Shown here: positions 1 to 9,610 of the stretch, in pieces
Position numbering within the stretch: position 1 is the stretch's first letter
Layout: the number at the start of each line of letters is the position of its first letter
Source: an uncultured virus (IMG/VR IMGVR_UViG_3300025009_000100)
Taxonomy: Duplodnaviria > Heunggongvirae > Uroviricota > Caudoviricetes
Virus record (IMG/VR): IMGVR_UViG_3300025009_000100
Length of the DNA stretch: 64,000 bases
Direction: 5' to 3' (one strand)
Translations under genes and position numbers: made by a program
The notes under the pieces: generated by a model
What the model saw: the letters and a program-made list of their open reading frames with translations, nothing else
The model's database searches: none
What the model was told of the DNA's origin: nothing

Positions 1-579
1 ATGAAAGTAGTCAAAGACGTAAAGACCAACACAGTGATATTCGCAGAAGACGAGCTGTCCTGGGTTAATGGTAAGCTGGTTGGATCAGGATTTTCCGCGC
101 CTTTCTGCAATCAGGTGGATCATGTTATCGAAACAATTGAAAACATTCCGGATGACTGGCAGGGTGGGCACTATTTCTATACCTCTGCCGGTGGGTGGGT
201 TCGAACCGATCTCGGTAATCAAGTCGTTTCAATTTCGGTATTGGCCTTACAAAAACAGAAGGCCACTGAAATCAATACCAAACGGGAGCAGACAATCCAA
301 TCCGGGATGTCTTATAAATTCCCGGACGGGATTGAGGGCGTTGTGGATATTAAGTCAGATCGGGATATTATCAATATCACGGGTCTGGGGGTGGCAGCTT
401 TGGCATTACAATTAAAAGGCGATGCCACAACAAAAGTTGAATATCGAGACGAGGCGAATATAAATCACGAGATGACCGCCACGGAAATGATAGAATTTGG
501 TTTGGCTTTCGTGCAGTGGTATTCCCAAAAATATAAAGAGAGTTGGGCTAAAAAAGACGATTTACAAAAAGATAAGTAA
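1..579 (+). CDS. DUF4376-like tail fibre-associated protein
   Basis: C-terminal half (EINTKREQTIQSG...SDRDIINITG...YRDEANINHEMTATEM...SWAKKD) resembles the DUF4376 domain found in tail fibre loci. Confidence 0.6.
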   Translation: MKVVKDVKTNTVIFAEDELSWVNGKLVGSGFSAPFCNQVDHVIETIENIPDDWQGGHYFYTSAGGWVRTDLGNQVVSISVLALQKQKATEINTKREQTIQSGMSYKFPDGIEGVVDIKSDRDIINITGLGVAALALQLKGDATTKVEYRDEANINHEMTATEMIEFGLAFVQWYSQKYKESWAKKDDLQKDK

Positions 580-642
580 GGGGGGCTTTATGGTATATTT
601 GGATAAACTGCGGAAGTCAATAGAAAAATATTGGAGATATAA

Positions 643-999
643 ATGAAAAAATTATTTTGTATTATTGTAATTTCATTGATTTTACTCGGGGATGTTTTTG
701 CGGGAGTGGATCTGATTTACGCTCCTATTTCTTTCACCTTGAGCACGACAGGTGATCCGGTGGCAATAACTACTGGAACGCAACCTTGTTATGGGTTTAG
801 CGTTTTATTATCGGACGATTCTGGCTGGTATTTATATTTAACTGCGAATGGATCAGATACTCCTACGGAAATATCGAATAATGTTGTGGGGGTTTCTTGG
901 GATCATTTGGTGCCTCCTGGTACTACTATTTTTTATGCTAAAGCAATTTCTGGAACCCCTAAGCTATATGTATTTCCGGCTAAAAAGAGGAATTATTAA
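643..999 (+). CDS. hypothetical protein with Sec-type signal peptide
   Basis: GGAG RBS; MKKLF, hydrophobic core, VFA cleavage-like site; beta-rich mature part. Confidence 0.6.
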   Translation: MKKLFCIIVISLILLGDVFAGVDLIYAPISFTLSTTGDPVAITTGTQPCYGFSVLLSDDSGWYLYLTANGSDTPTEISNNVVGVSWDHLVPPGTTIFYAKAISGTPKLYVFPAKKRNY

Positions 1000-1008
1000 G
1001 GAGTGCAT

Positions 1009-3183
1009 ATGAAAAAATTATTTTTTGGGCTCTGTATCTTGTTGTGGGTACTGGTCGGGCAGTCTTGGGGTGCCACCGTATTCATAAAAAATATAGGAGG
1101 AGCAGTTTATTACGATTCCTCCTGTTCGTCCTGTGACGGGGTTACGGCTGAAGATACGGCTGGATCTATAGTCGCAGCTTTAACAGAGTCCTCCACGAAT
1201 GGAATTATTAATATTTGCGTTGGTACATATTCAGGGACAATGCTGGATGCCTCCGGAGGATTAAAGACAACAGCTTCTGGGCAGAGCATCAATGGCATAG
1301 GAATGGTCGTAATAGATGGAGTAAGCGCAGGCACGCATACTTTTTCTCCGACGCATTCATGCACTTTGAATAACATAGAATTCACAGGGTCCACCGGGAC
1401 AAACTATAATATTTATGGAGCTTCGAATTTAACCATAGTCGGGTACGGAGTAAAAATCACAAATGGAGCCAGGGGAATATTTAATAATGGGACACTGACC
1501 TTATGGCGTTCTACTTTTTCGGGTATTTCTGGCGCGTATTTCATCAATAACAATGTTGCTGGAAATACTGCTAATATCTACTATTCCGTTTTTAAAGACA
1601 GTGCTGCATACTATACGGCTTTTAAAGGCACCCATAATTTAGCCAATAACCTTTTTATTGGGAACCTGAACGAGGCTTTTGTGATTGGCACAGACAGCGC
1701 CCAGGTCGTAAATTTAAATAATAACGTTTTTGTCGCTAATTCGGTTTCCTTAGCCACGAAACATATAGTCAGTAATACGTCTGCGAATGCCGTTGTTTCA
1801 GGTGCCAATAATCTTATCCTTGGAAACCCATTCGATCCCATAGATTTCGGAATAAATAATATGGGGACATTAACCGGCACGATATACGATTCCCCTGAGT
1901 TCACAACCCCCCGCAGAACCGGAATAATAAATTTGCATATGCATTTCTGGGATTTTTCTGATTTGTCAGTTATTTCCCCTGTGGCCGCATACGCTGCGAA
2001 TTTGGGGCAATATATCACATTAGGGATAAGGGGTGTGAGGACGCTTGTATCAGGAGATTGGGCTTTTTTAAATAGTTTTATAGCCCAGGGACATTCTGTT
2101 GTTTTAACGACAGAAAATCATCTTACCCTTACATCTCTCGGTGGTTTGACCATCACCGGTCCAGCCGGATCAACAATGACGATCTCGATTGATGATTCGG
2201 CCGCATCGTCTGATTCCTGGACCGGCACTGTTGTTTTAGGTGAAACCGGGGAACCCGCGAAATATACATTCGACATATCCGGATCTGGAAGTTACGGAAC
2301 TTTATTGACCCTGTCCAATGCCATAGAGGCGTTGCCGTTGTGGACATCAATTGTTGCAAATTCCGGGGATGGAACCGGGGCTACCAACAGAAGAAATTCT
2401 GCCAGGTCCGTGTCGCTGGCAAACGTTACAGGCGTAAGCACAGCATCAGCATATGCAACTATTTTGGACCGCAATCGGATGTATTATACGGAACTGGTAG
2501 AGCCAAAAAAAATAATAGAAACTCATGGCATTGCAGTAAACGGGATTGATTGTCCCGGAGGTAGTTCTGATGCCACGGTTAGGGCATGGTTATCATCTGA
2601 TGCTGCCGGATGGTGGGCTAAAGGCGGAACAATCCCGTTTTTAGCTGCCTGGAGCACCAGCGGGTCAGGAAGTTATACCATGGCGGATGATTATCAGTCT
2701 GCATCGGCATACGGTCTATCTATATACCAGATATGGTGGGCCTTGGTGGAGGACTATTTCGCTACATCAGATATCGACAGGAGGGCCGCCACGCTTGTTG
2801 ATTTTGCCAATTATACAGGAGCCTTGATGACAATTGTTTTTCATCAAAACACTTACTCTGAAGCCAATTGGACACTTATTTTAGATGCACTGCATAATAA
2901 CTTTGCGGGGGTAAATAATTCCGAAGCCACGATTGCCTACGTTCGATCTGGAACAGATGCAGACGCTAACGGACTAAGATGGACAAGATCATTCCCTGTA
3001 AATGATAATTATAGAGTAAGTAAAAATTCTATTTTAATAGACGCTGGAATAGATATGTCAATTTTATATGGTGAGCGAGACTATTATAATAATCTTATCT
3101 ATGGAAAATATAACCTCGGGGTCGACCAAAAAGCAGGTATGCCTATAAAATATCAAGGCATGTTGCGCATAGGGGGAAGATGA
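1009..3183 (+). CDS. signal-peptide protein with parallel beta-helix (pectin-lyase-like) region and inserted NodB/polysaccharide-deacetylase-like domain; putative tailspike/depolymerase
   Basis: AAGGAG RBS before ATG 1009; Asn/Gly-rich beta-helix repeats; NodB-like segments GHSV..TENH, ELVEPKKIIE, CPGG, IVFH; C-terminal ILIDAG...NLGVDQ closure. Confidence 0.55.
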   Translation: MKKLFFGLCILLWVLVGQSWGATVFIKNIGGAVYYDSSCSSCDGVTAEDTAGSIVAALTESSTNGIINICVGTYSGTMLDASGGLKTTASGQSINGIGMVVIDGVSAGTHTFSPTHSCTLNNIEFTGSTGTNYNIYGASNLTIVGYGVKITNGARGIFNNGTLTLWRSTFSGISGAYFINNNVAGNTANIYYSVFKDSAAYYTAFKGTHNLANNLFIGNLNEAFVIGTDSAQVVNLNNNVFVANSVSLATKHIVSNTSANAVVSGANNLILGNPFDPIDFGINNMGTLTGTIYDSPEFTTPRRTGIINLHMHFWDFSDLSVISPVAAYAANLGQYITLGIRGVRTLVSGDWAFLNSFIAQGHSVVLTTENHLTLTSLGGLTITGPAGSTMTISIDDSAASSDSWTGTVVLGETGEPAKYTFDISGSGSYGTLLTLSNAIEALPLWTSIVANSGDGTGATNRRNSARSVSLANVTGVSTASAYATILDRNRMYYTELVEPKKIIETHGIAVNGIDCPGGSSDATVRAWLSSDAAGWWAKGGTIPFLAAWSTSGSGSYTMADDYQSASAYGLSIYQIWWALVEDYFATSDIDRRAATLVDFANYTGALMTIVFHQNTYSEANWTLILDALHNNFAGVNNSEATIAYVRSGTDADANGLRWTRSFPVNDNYRVSKNSILIDAGIDMSILYGERDYYNNLIYGKYNLGVDQKAGMPIKYQGMLRIGGR

Positions 3184-3436
3184 AACCATGGCGTTCTCAT
3201 CATTAATAACAGTTAAGTCAGTTTCACAATCGCAGTCAAGTCTTTATAATATAGTATTCAATCTGCTTTATAAGCATGGGGTGATAGTCCGTTTTGGATG
3301 AGTGCATCATCAAGCAGAAGCCCTTGAAAGGCTTTAAATTGATAGGTTTTGATTGGTATTACTGGCCCATGCCGGATGCTTGGGTTAAAGAAATGCGGGA
3401 ATTGAAAAAAGTAAACTATATGAGGGATAAAAATTA

Positions 3437-3757
3437 ATGGCAATAATTGATGACATCCTGGATCTTGAACAAAAACAGAAGAGCTTATTCGCCGCCAAGG
3501 GTAAATACGCTCAGTGCCTGCAAACGCCTGAAACGATACCATCAAAGGGCGCAACGGCTGATTTGACCAAACTTCGCAAACCGGACGATGAATCGGACGA
3601 AATAGACTTTATACCAAGGGAAAAAGATTATGCCTTTACCGTTGATGTCTGGTCTCACAAAAAAGGTTCTGTTGTCACAAAAGGATTTAAAATCACGGCT
3701 CAACGCGACCTTGGTGATGGGATAATTGAAACAATAACCAAAGGGGAATCATTATGA
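3437..3757 (+). CDS. hypothetical protein (paralog of 3754..4272)
   Basis: 106-aa ORF, ATGA-coupled to the next gene; shares motifs with it. Confidence 0.6.
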   Translation: MAIIDDILDLEQKQKSLFAAKGKYAQCLQTPETIPSKGATADLTKLRKPDDESDEIDFIPREKDYAFTVDVWSHKKGSVVTKGFKITAQRDLGDGIIETITKGESL

Positions 3758-4272
3758 AAAAAAGCATGCTTTTGATTATCAGTTTGTCTATGTTTTTGGT
3801 CTCATATGTCTGGGCTGATATTACGTCACACCCGAACTATCAAAATATCAGATCCAGGAAAAATATCATTACCGGTCTGATCAAGGGTCAGCAGGCCGCG
3901 TATTTTGCACAGCATGGACAATACTTCCAAGGGCTTTTAATACCGTCTCAAGCAGCATGCAACGGATCTACGGAAGTAGGGATTGACTACGGTTCCCATC
4001 CAGACGACCAGTCAGACTCTTGGGGAACTTGGATGCCTGATGTTTTTAATGACGATTTCCGTACAATTTTTAATGTCAGGGTGAATGTAGTTCAACGATT
4101 AGAAGAGCACGGATATGAAATTTTGTTCTCTTTGGTAAAAGAAGGCCTTGGGCCAGATCCGTATGGTAACGACGGCGATCTGTGGAAATACAGATATGTT
4201 TATGGGCCTCTTTACGGCAGCGGGAGCATAACGGATGATTGGTATATTGAACCTCCGGAGGTTGGGCCTTAA
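3754..4272 (+). CDS. hypothetical protein with signal peptide
   Basis: MKKSMLLIISLSMFLVSYVWA signal-like N-terminus. Confidence 0.6.
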   Translation: MKKSMLLIISLSMFLVSYVWADITSHPNYQNIRSRKNIITGLIKGQQAAYFAQHGQYFQGLLIPSQAACNGSTEVGIDYGSHPDDQSDSWGTWMPDVFNDDFRTIFNVRVNVVQRLEEHGYEILFSLVKEGLGPDPYGNDGDLWKYRYVYGPLYGSGSITDDWYIEPPEVGP

Positions 4273-5933
4273 TGTCTAACGATTTTACAGGTGACTCCAA
4301 TTGTGTAGCCTTGTGGCGATTTGAGCCAACTGATTTACTGGCAGATTCAATCAGCACGAATGACTTAACTGATAACAACACGATTGGCTCAAACACCGCT
4401 GATCACATAGAGGGGGCAGGCTGCGCCGATTTTGAGCAACTTAACTACGAGCATGGTAATATTCTTGACACCAATTTGTCAGCAGGATTCCCATTTAAGA
4501 GTGGAGATACAAATAAAAAAATAACCGTGTGTGGCAGGCTTAAATTTGAGACTGTCAATGCCGCACAGTACATATTCTGTAAAGGAGAGAATGTCACCAA
4601 CAAGCGCAGCTTTGCTATATATAATAATTCCAATAAGCTGGGGATTCTGTTGGGTTATAGTGGCGGGGCTTCTTTTGAGGGTGCTTATTTAACTTCATCA
4701 TTATTAACCGGCCGGTTTTACAGCTACGGGGCAACATATGATGACTCAGACAAAAGCTACCGGTTACGCGTTTGGGATCATACCGCTGGCGCTTTATTCC
4801 AGGAAATAACTGGAAATTTCACAAATAATGTTAACGTAGAAGATGGCGCGCTATTCATCGGGTCTCGGGATGGCGGATCGGTCTCCTTTGATGGGTTAAT
4901 GGATGAGACAGTCGTTTTTAAGGACATCAAAACTGCTGATATAATAGACCAAATCAGAGCAGGAACGTATGGGGGTGGAGATGCCGCTGTTGCTTTTTTC
5001 GATGGAAAAATCAGAATTGTTTCTGCATCAAGTATTTTGCTGGATGGTTTATTAAAAATTAAAGACGATGCCATTAACCTGCTTGATGGTAAAGTTGCAC
5101 TATCAGAACAAACTCCAATAACAAATCTGCTCGATGGTAAATTGGCGGTGAAGGATACCACTATTGCTCTATTGGATGGATCATTGGCTGTACAGAATTC
5201 AGCTACCCTTTTATTAAATGGTTTAGCCACCGTAAGTAATGTTGGACAGAGTACTCTGGATGGCAAACTTGTTCTAAAATCCGCAGGGACAAGCTTATTT
5301 GACGGCAAGGCCACTATACGGGATATTGCGCTAAACTATTTGGATGGCAAAGCCCAAATTAAAAACACTGCTTCCGACCTGTTGAACGGTAAGATCGCTG
5401 TCCTGTCCAACGTCACTAACAGTCTTGATGGTAAAATGCTGCTGGAATCCGGGGGCACGGTTTATGACTTATTGGACGGTAAAATATCAATCAAGTCTGT
5501 TACAACGGATTATCTGGATGGTCTGATTTCAATCCAGGACTATTCCACCTTATCTCTCGATGGTAAGTTGATAATATCCAAAAATAACACCTTAAATTTA
5601 GATAGTAAAATTACCGTCAAAGACATTGCTTCTGATCTTCTTGACGGTAAAATTGTGATAAAAACGAATGCTGTTAGTTTATTTGATGGTAAGTTATCTG
5701 TCAAAACAGCATCTATTGAGCTGCTGGATGGCAAGATAATTATAGGAGACGATGGGACAACTATTCTGGATGGGAAACTTGTAATAGCTTCAGATAGCGC
5801 AACAAACGTTTTTGACGGTAAAATCATTTTAACTGCCCTTGCTCATGGCAAGGTAACAGTAACTTTTGATTTAAAAACACCCGGAATATCTTTTGATTTA
5901 AAAACGCCGGGCATAACATTTAGTATTGTTTAA
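4272..5933 (+). CDS. LamG/concanavalin-like domain plus about 20 LLDGK repeats; putative fibre/adhesin
   Basis: VALWRFE...LFIGSRDGGSVSFDGLMDETVVF LamG signature, then approximately 14-aa repeats. Confidence 0.7.
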   Translation: MSNDFTGDSNCVALWRFEPTDLLADSISTNDLTDNNTIGSNTADHIEGAGCADFEQLNYEHGNILDTNLSAGFPFKSGDTNKKITVCGRLKFETVNAAQYIFCKGENVTNKRSFAIYNNSNKLGILLGYSGGASFEGAYLTSSLLTGRFYSYGATYDDSDKSYRLRVWDHTAGALFQEITGNFTNNVNVEDGALFIGSRDGGSVSFDGLMDETVVFKDIKTADIIDQIRAGTYGGGDAAVAFFDGKIRIVSASSILLDGLLKIKDDAINLLDGKVALSEQTPITNLLDGKLAVKDTTIALLDGSLAVQNSATLLLNGLATVSNVGQSTLDGKLVLKSAGTSLFDGKATIRDIALNYLDGKAQIKNTASDLLNGKIAVLSNVTNSLDGKMLLESGGTVYDLLDGKISIKSVTTDYLDGLISIQDYSTLSLDGKLIISKNNTLNLDSKITVKDIASDLLDGKIVIKTNAVSLFDGKLSVKTASIELLDGKIIIGDDGTTILDGKLVIASDSATNVFDGKIILTALAHGKVTVTFDLKTPGISFDLKTPGITFSIV

Positions 5934-5944
5934 GGAGAAAAACC

Positions 5945-6520
5945 ATGGCAGAACCAACCACAAGATTCAGGAAAATTCCGTTGGCTACTACAACCGCAGC
6001 CTTAGATACCGCAGCGGAAAGACTTGCCGCGATTGCAAGTGAAGCGGTTGTCTCTACGGCAAGTGGTAATGAGGCGGATTTCGGCACTGTAGATATTTCA
6101 GGTGGTGCCGCAAATTCAGGTATTCAAACGATCCTATGGGACGTGACCGCTGATGGAGGCAATACCAAGGTGGAGACCTTTAAACTTTGGTTGTCCAGCA
6201 ATGGCTTCGATCAGGCCGGGTCAGTAATTAAAATGCAACCTCTATCCGGAGGAGATCAGGCATCGCCCAGTAACACCCAAAATTATGTCGCTAATGCAGT
6301 CGTTGGTAGTTACACCTGGGCAACTATGCCAGAAACAGAACCGGCACAGAATGTATGGCCGACAGATGAAGGGGCCGATATGGTACTTTCTACAACATCA
6401 GATGATGTTGTCATGTGGGCTATGTATGCCGCTATTGCTGCCAGTGAAACAACCGGTACATACAAAGGCACTGATGCTGGCTACGAACTACAATTTTCAT
6501 TCAAGTACAGCTATTCATGA
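5945..6520 (+). CDS. hypothetical, probably virion-associated beta-sandwich protein
   Basis: AAGGAG RBS; Thr/Ala/Gly-rich; ends FSFKYSYS; position in tail-distal cluster. Confidence 0.55.
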   Translation: MAEPTTRFRKIPLATTTAALDTAAERLAAIASEAVVSTASGNEADFGTVDISGGAANSGIQTILWDVTADGGNTKVETFKLWLSSNGFDQAGSVIKMQPLSGGDQASPSNTQNYVANAVVGSYTWATMPETEPAQNVWPTDEGADMVLSTTSDDVVMWAMYAAIAASETTGTYKGTDAGYELQFSFKYSYS

Positions 6521-6927
6521 TGCACTTAGACTCCCAATACCGGGACAGGTGGCAAGAGTACCACCTTGCTACCGGGGAAACCGCTGATAGCCGGAAAATA
6601 AATTGGCGTCAAGTGGAATGGGAAAAGGTTGTTAGAGTGGATACTCATTTGAAGCAACATACCTATTCCATTACCTGTCAGAATCCAGCTTTTCAATTCT
6701 TTATGGTTTTCCGGTGGGGCGGGCAGCGGCCCGTTTATAAACACGGTAAATTTGATCAGTATGAGGCTATCCGAATTTGGACAGCGGGATGGACGGATGG
6801 TGAAAAATGTTATCTCGAAGACTATGATTTTAAATCTGGGATGTTGATAAAAAAGTATGCATCTACTTTACAAGAATTTAAAGCGCATATCCATCCCCGG
6901 ATAGCAAAAGGAGTAATCCATGACTGA
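6517..6927 (+). CDS. hypothetical protein
   Basis: 136-aa ORF overlapping both neighbours. Confidence 0.6.
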   Translation: MMHLDSQYRDRWQEYHLATGETADSRKINWRQVEWEKVVRVDTHLKQHTYSITCQNPAFQFFMVFRWGGQRPVYKHGKFDQYEAIRIWTAGWTDGEKCYLEDYDFKSGMLIKKYASTLQEFKAHIHPRIAKGVIHD

Positions 6928-7279
6928 TTTTATCAGCATAAAACCTTCTGAAAAAGGCACGGCTGTTGTGACTATCTATCCTGTGGATGAAGATGGAATC
7001 GCCTTAACTTTTGGGCAACTCAACAATCCTCAATGGCAGCTTATGAAAACTAACGGAACAGTCGTCAATGACAGAACGTTTGCCCTTTCTGCTTTGACAG
7101 GCCTTTCTTGGGTTATCAGTGGGGATGACTTGGCTATTTTTGGTTCCAGGGACTCAGGAAATAGGGTTATCTCTTTTCAAGCCGCTTACGATTCATCCGC
7201 TGGAACGGATCTACCTCTTACGGCAGAATGTGTTTTTACCATTGATAAATTGGTTGGGCAAACGGATATTGTGAGCTAA
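6920..7279 (+). CDS. hypothetical, possible virion adaptor (BppU-like Ig fold)
   Basis: GGAG RBS; beta-rich 119-aa ORF. Confidence 0.45.
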   Translation: MTDFISIKPSEKGTAVVTIYPVDEDGIALTFGQLNNPQWQLMKTNGTVVNDRTFALSALTGLSWVISGDDLAIFGSRDSGNRVISFQAAYDSSAGTDLPLTAECVFTIDKLVGQTDIVS

Positions 7280-7397
7280 TTATAAAAAGAGCCTCCTCTG
7301 AATGGAAAGGATGAATAAAGTATTTTTAATTATACTGCTGGAGGGATTTTTAAATTTTGAATAGTGGTGTTGTATAATAAAATAAAAGGAGCCCTGA

Positions 7398-7667
7398 ATG
7401 CCCATAAATGAATATTCGAAAGAAGTTTTTGATGAGGCACCGGTTAAAACAAAACTTGGGATGTTGTTCGTCATGAATTTAAGGATCATAGAGCAGCTTG
7501 ACAAACACCCAACCAACTGCAATGAACGGTTTAAAGCTATTGAAAAAGACACAAAATTTTTATTGAAACGGAAAACGATAGATTCGGTTATTGCTATTTT
7601 TTCAGCTATAGGTATCTCTGTGGGTATGGTTATTGCATTCTTTAAAGGCTGGACTCCGTTTAAATAA
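7398..7667 (+). CDS. coiled coil plus C-terminal TM protein (holin/XhlA-like)
   Basis: AAGGAG RBS; single C-terminal hydrophobic helix; directly precedes M23 peptidase. Confidence 0.5.
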   Translation: MPINEYSKEVFDEAPVKTKLGMLFVMNLRIIEQLDKHPTNCNERFKAIEKDTKFLLKRKTIDSVIAIFSAIGISVGMVIAFFKGWTPFK

Positions 7668-7682
7668 ACGATAAGGGGGATT

Positions 7683-8045
7683 ATGATATCACCAACAGGC
7701 AAAGGCATCAGAAATGATAAAGAAGGCTCCGGGGAATACGGGGCATCCAGGGGGAACCGGCTACATAATGGCGTTGATTATTTGTGTGACGAGAATCAAA
7801 TTGTTGTTGCTCCATTCGATCTTATAGTCGAGCGAGAAGCTATCCCGAAAGCTGGTTCACCTCTTTCTGGCATAGCATGGACTCGTGGGATGTCTAAGGG
7901 CAAGATGTTTTACTTTAAACCGCATAAATGGCTGATTGGTAAAGGCGTTAAGGCGGGTGAAAGCATAGGTATTGCTCAGGCTGTTTCGAAAGATTACGGC
8001 CTGCCACGGATGAAAGATCACATCCATTTCCAGGTGGATGGCTGA
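7683..8045 (+). CDS. M23 family peptidase (putative endolysin)
   Basis: HxxxD motif (HNGVD) and HxH motif (HIHFQ). Confidence 0.8.
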   Translation: MISPTGKGIRNDKEGSGEYGASRGNRLHNGVDYLCDENQIVVAPFDLIVEREAIPKAGSPLSGIAWTRGMSKGKMFYFKPHKWLIGKGVKAGESIGIAQAVSKDYGLPRMKDHIHFQVDG

Positions 8046-8283
8046 TATGTTCGTCACTTGTCCTAACTGCAACGGTAATTTAATAACAGCGGACCATAAC
8101 AATTTCGGAATTGTGCGGTGTTGGTGTGTGGTTGGGTGGGTGAATGAGCATACCGGCCTGCCTGGATGGATGGATGATTTACAAGAACTGATTAGAGAGG
8201 ATTCAAATGAAAAAGTTGTTTTTGATTTTAATCGCAGCAATGTTTTTAATGACGGGATGCGGTGTATTGAATACTGCCGTTGA
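8038..8283 (+). CDS. small Cys-containing hypothetical protein
   Basis: CPNC...CWC; overlaps both neighbours. Confidence 0.35.
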   Translation: MADMFVTCPNCNGNLITADHNNFGIVRCWCVVGWVNEHTGLPGWMDDLQELIREDSNEKVVFDFNRSNVFNDGMRCIEYCR

Positions 8284-8488
8284 AATTACGGACATTTTAA
8301 CGAGGGAAACCCCGGTCCATTCCGCCATGGTCCAAAGCATCACCATAGGCAAGGATAAAGCCACGCTCTTTTTTGAGGACGGGTTTAATTACGAAGTCCG
8401 GGACGCGGATTATATCAAACCTGGCGATAAGGTGAATATTTTTGAAACAAAAACCGGATTCAGGGCGGAGATGTCAAATGAAAAATAA
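8207..8488 (+). CDS. predicted lipoprotein
   Basis: GAGG RBS; MKK, hydrophobic core, FLMTGC lipobox. Confidence 0.7.
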   Translation: MKKLFLILIAAMFLMTGCGVLNTAVEITDILTRETPVHSAMVQSITIGKDKATLFFEDGFNYEVRDADYIKPGDKVNIFETKTGFRAEMSNEK

Positions 8489-8726
8489 AAAATATTTATT
8501 GGCTACCCTGCTGTTGATATTTTTGATGACGGGATGCGTGGCTGAATTTGCAGGATTCCAGGGCAAGACTGATAACGGATTTTTTATGACAGTCAAGGAT
8601 AAAACAGGCAACGAGATTTCCACCGGAGCTTCCATTAATGATCCGGAGCAAGTCCTGGAACTTAGGGCCATGTATGAAGTCTTGGTGAAGGAGCTTTCCA
8701 AAATTATGAAGGAGCAACGCCAATGA
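8478..8726 (+). CDS. predicted lipoprotein
   Basis: GGAG RBS; MKNKK, hydrophobic core, FLMTGC lipobox. Confidence 0.7.
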   Translation: MKNKKYLLATLLLIFLMTGCVAEFAGFQGKTDNGFFMTVKDKTGNEISTGASINDPEQVLELRAMYEVLVKELSKIMKEQRQ

Positions 8727-8926
8727 AAGATAAATGGTTTTTAAGATATCTGCTTGCGATTCTGATTGTGCTGTTGTCATTCGGGTATGTGTTTATCATC
8801 ACCCTTGTTGATTCAGCCCGGCCGAATGAGGTTATCCTTGGGTTTATTCTGGGAACGGGGCTGACGGGGATTATAACTTTCTTTTTTGGATCTTCTGACA
8901 AAAAGGGAAAGGAAGATATAAAATGA
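8723..8926 (+). CDS. putative holin (2 TM)
   Basis: two TM helices ending FFFGSS plus a charged tail. Confidence 0.6.
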   Translation: MKDKWFLRYLLAILIVLLSFGYVFIITLVDSARPNEVILGFILGTGLTGIITFFFGSSDKKGKEDIK

Positions 8927-9435
8927 CATTGGCATTACCAAGAACACTTGAGTATGTTCAGTTTCAGGGGGTATCACTTACCTCTAAAATAATCCAGAAA
9001 TTTACCCGTGACCAGGATTCCCATTCTGCCGTTATGGATCGGGAAGTCCATGGAACTAAACAACTTATTGAACAGTGGCCTCACCAAGGCGGAATAAAGG
9101 CGTGGATGGATTATGCCGATTGGTCCGGACATACCAAAGGAACGCCCTATGAAATCTGGTCGTTGAAAGTTTCTCCGGAATGTTATGATTTTGTTATGGG
9201 ATATTACAGGGAATCCGCGTCCAAGAAAAGGGAATATGATTGGTCTGGTATTGTGGCTTTCGGACTAAAAGGCAAAGACGATCCGGACAAGACCTTTTGC
9301 TCTGAAGAAATGATCACCCCGCTTTGTCAGTGGTTCAAGTGGGACCGGATCAATCCGGCTTTGGTTTCTCCGGGGATTTTTAGAATGATTATCCAGGCTA
9401 AAGGGGCCAAATTGACCGGGAAAGCGATCACTTAA
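8923..9435 (+). CDS. permuted papain-like (YiiX/YebB-like NlpC/P60) amidase
   Basis: SHSA (His), YDW and FCSE (Cys) in permuted order. Confidence 0.7.
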   Translation: MTLALPRTLEYVQFQGVSLTSKIIQKFTRDQDSHSAVMDREVHGTKQLIEQWPHQGGIKAWMDYADWSGHTKGTPYEIWSLKVSPECYDFVMGYYRESASKKREYDWSGIVAFGLKGKDDPDKTFCSEEMITPLCQWFKWDRINPALVSPGIFRMIIQAKGAKLTGKAIT

Positions 9436-9610
9436 TTTCTTTTATCGTAGAAAATCCTTTTGTTTGTTTTACTTCAAAGAGTTTATCTGCATATTCAATA
9501 ATATCTTCCCGGGCTGCTCGTTCATCATTAATACAGATGATCTGCAGCCCTAACTTTTCAGAAAGCATTTTCATTAATCGGAGGACTCTTTTATTTTCTT
9601 TTTCCCCCTT
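9428..9610 (-). pseudogene. displaced original 3' end of the sbcC C-terminal gene
   Basis: Reads KGEKENKRVLRLMKMLSEKLGLQIICINDERAAREDIIEYADKLFEVKQTKGFSTIKEIK*, matching KMLSEKLGLQII...YADK of 10199..10819. Confidence 0.8.

Noticed and set aside
1..9435. Diversity-generating retroelement acting on fibre genes
   Set aside because: No reverse transcriptase or adenine-variant repeat pair was seen.
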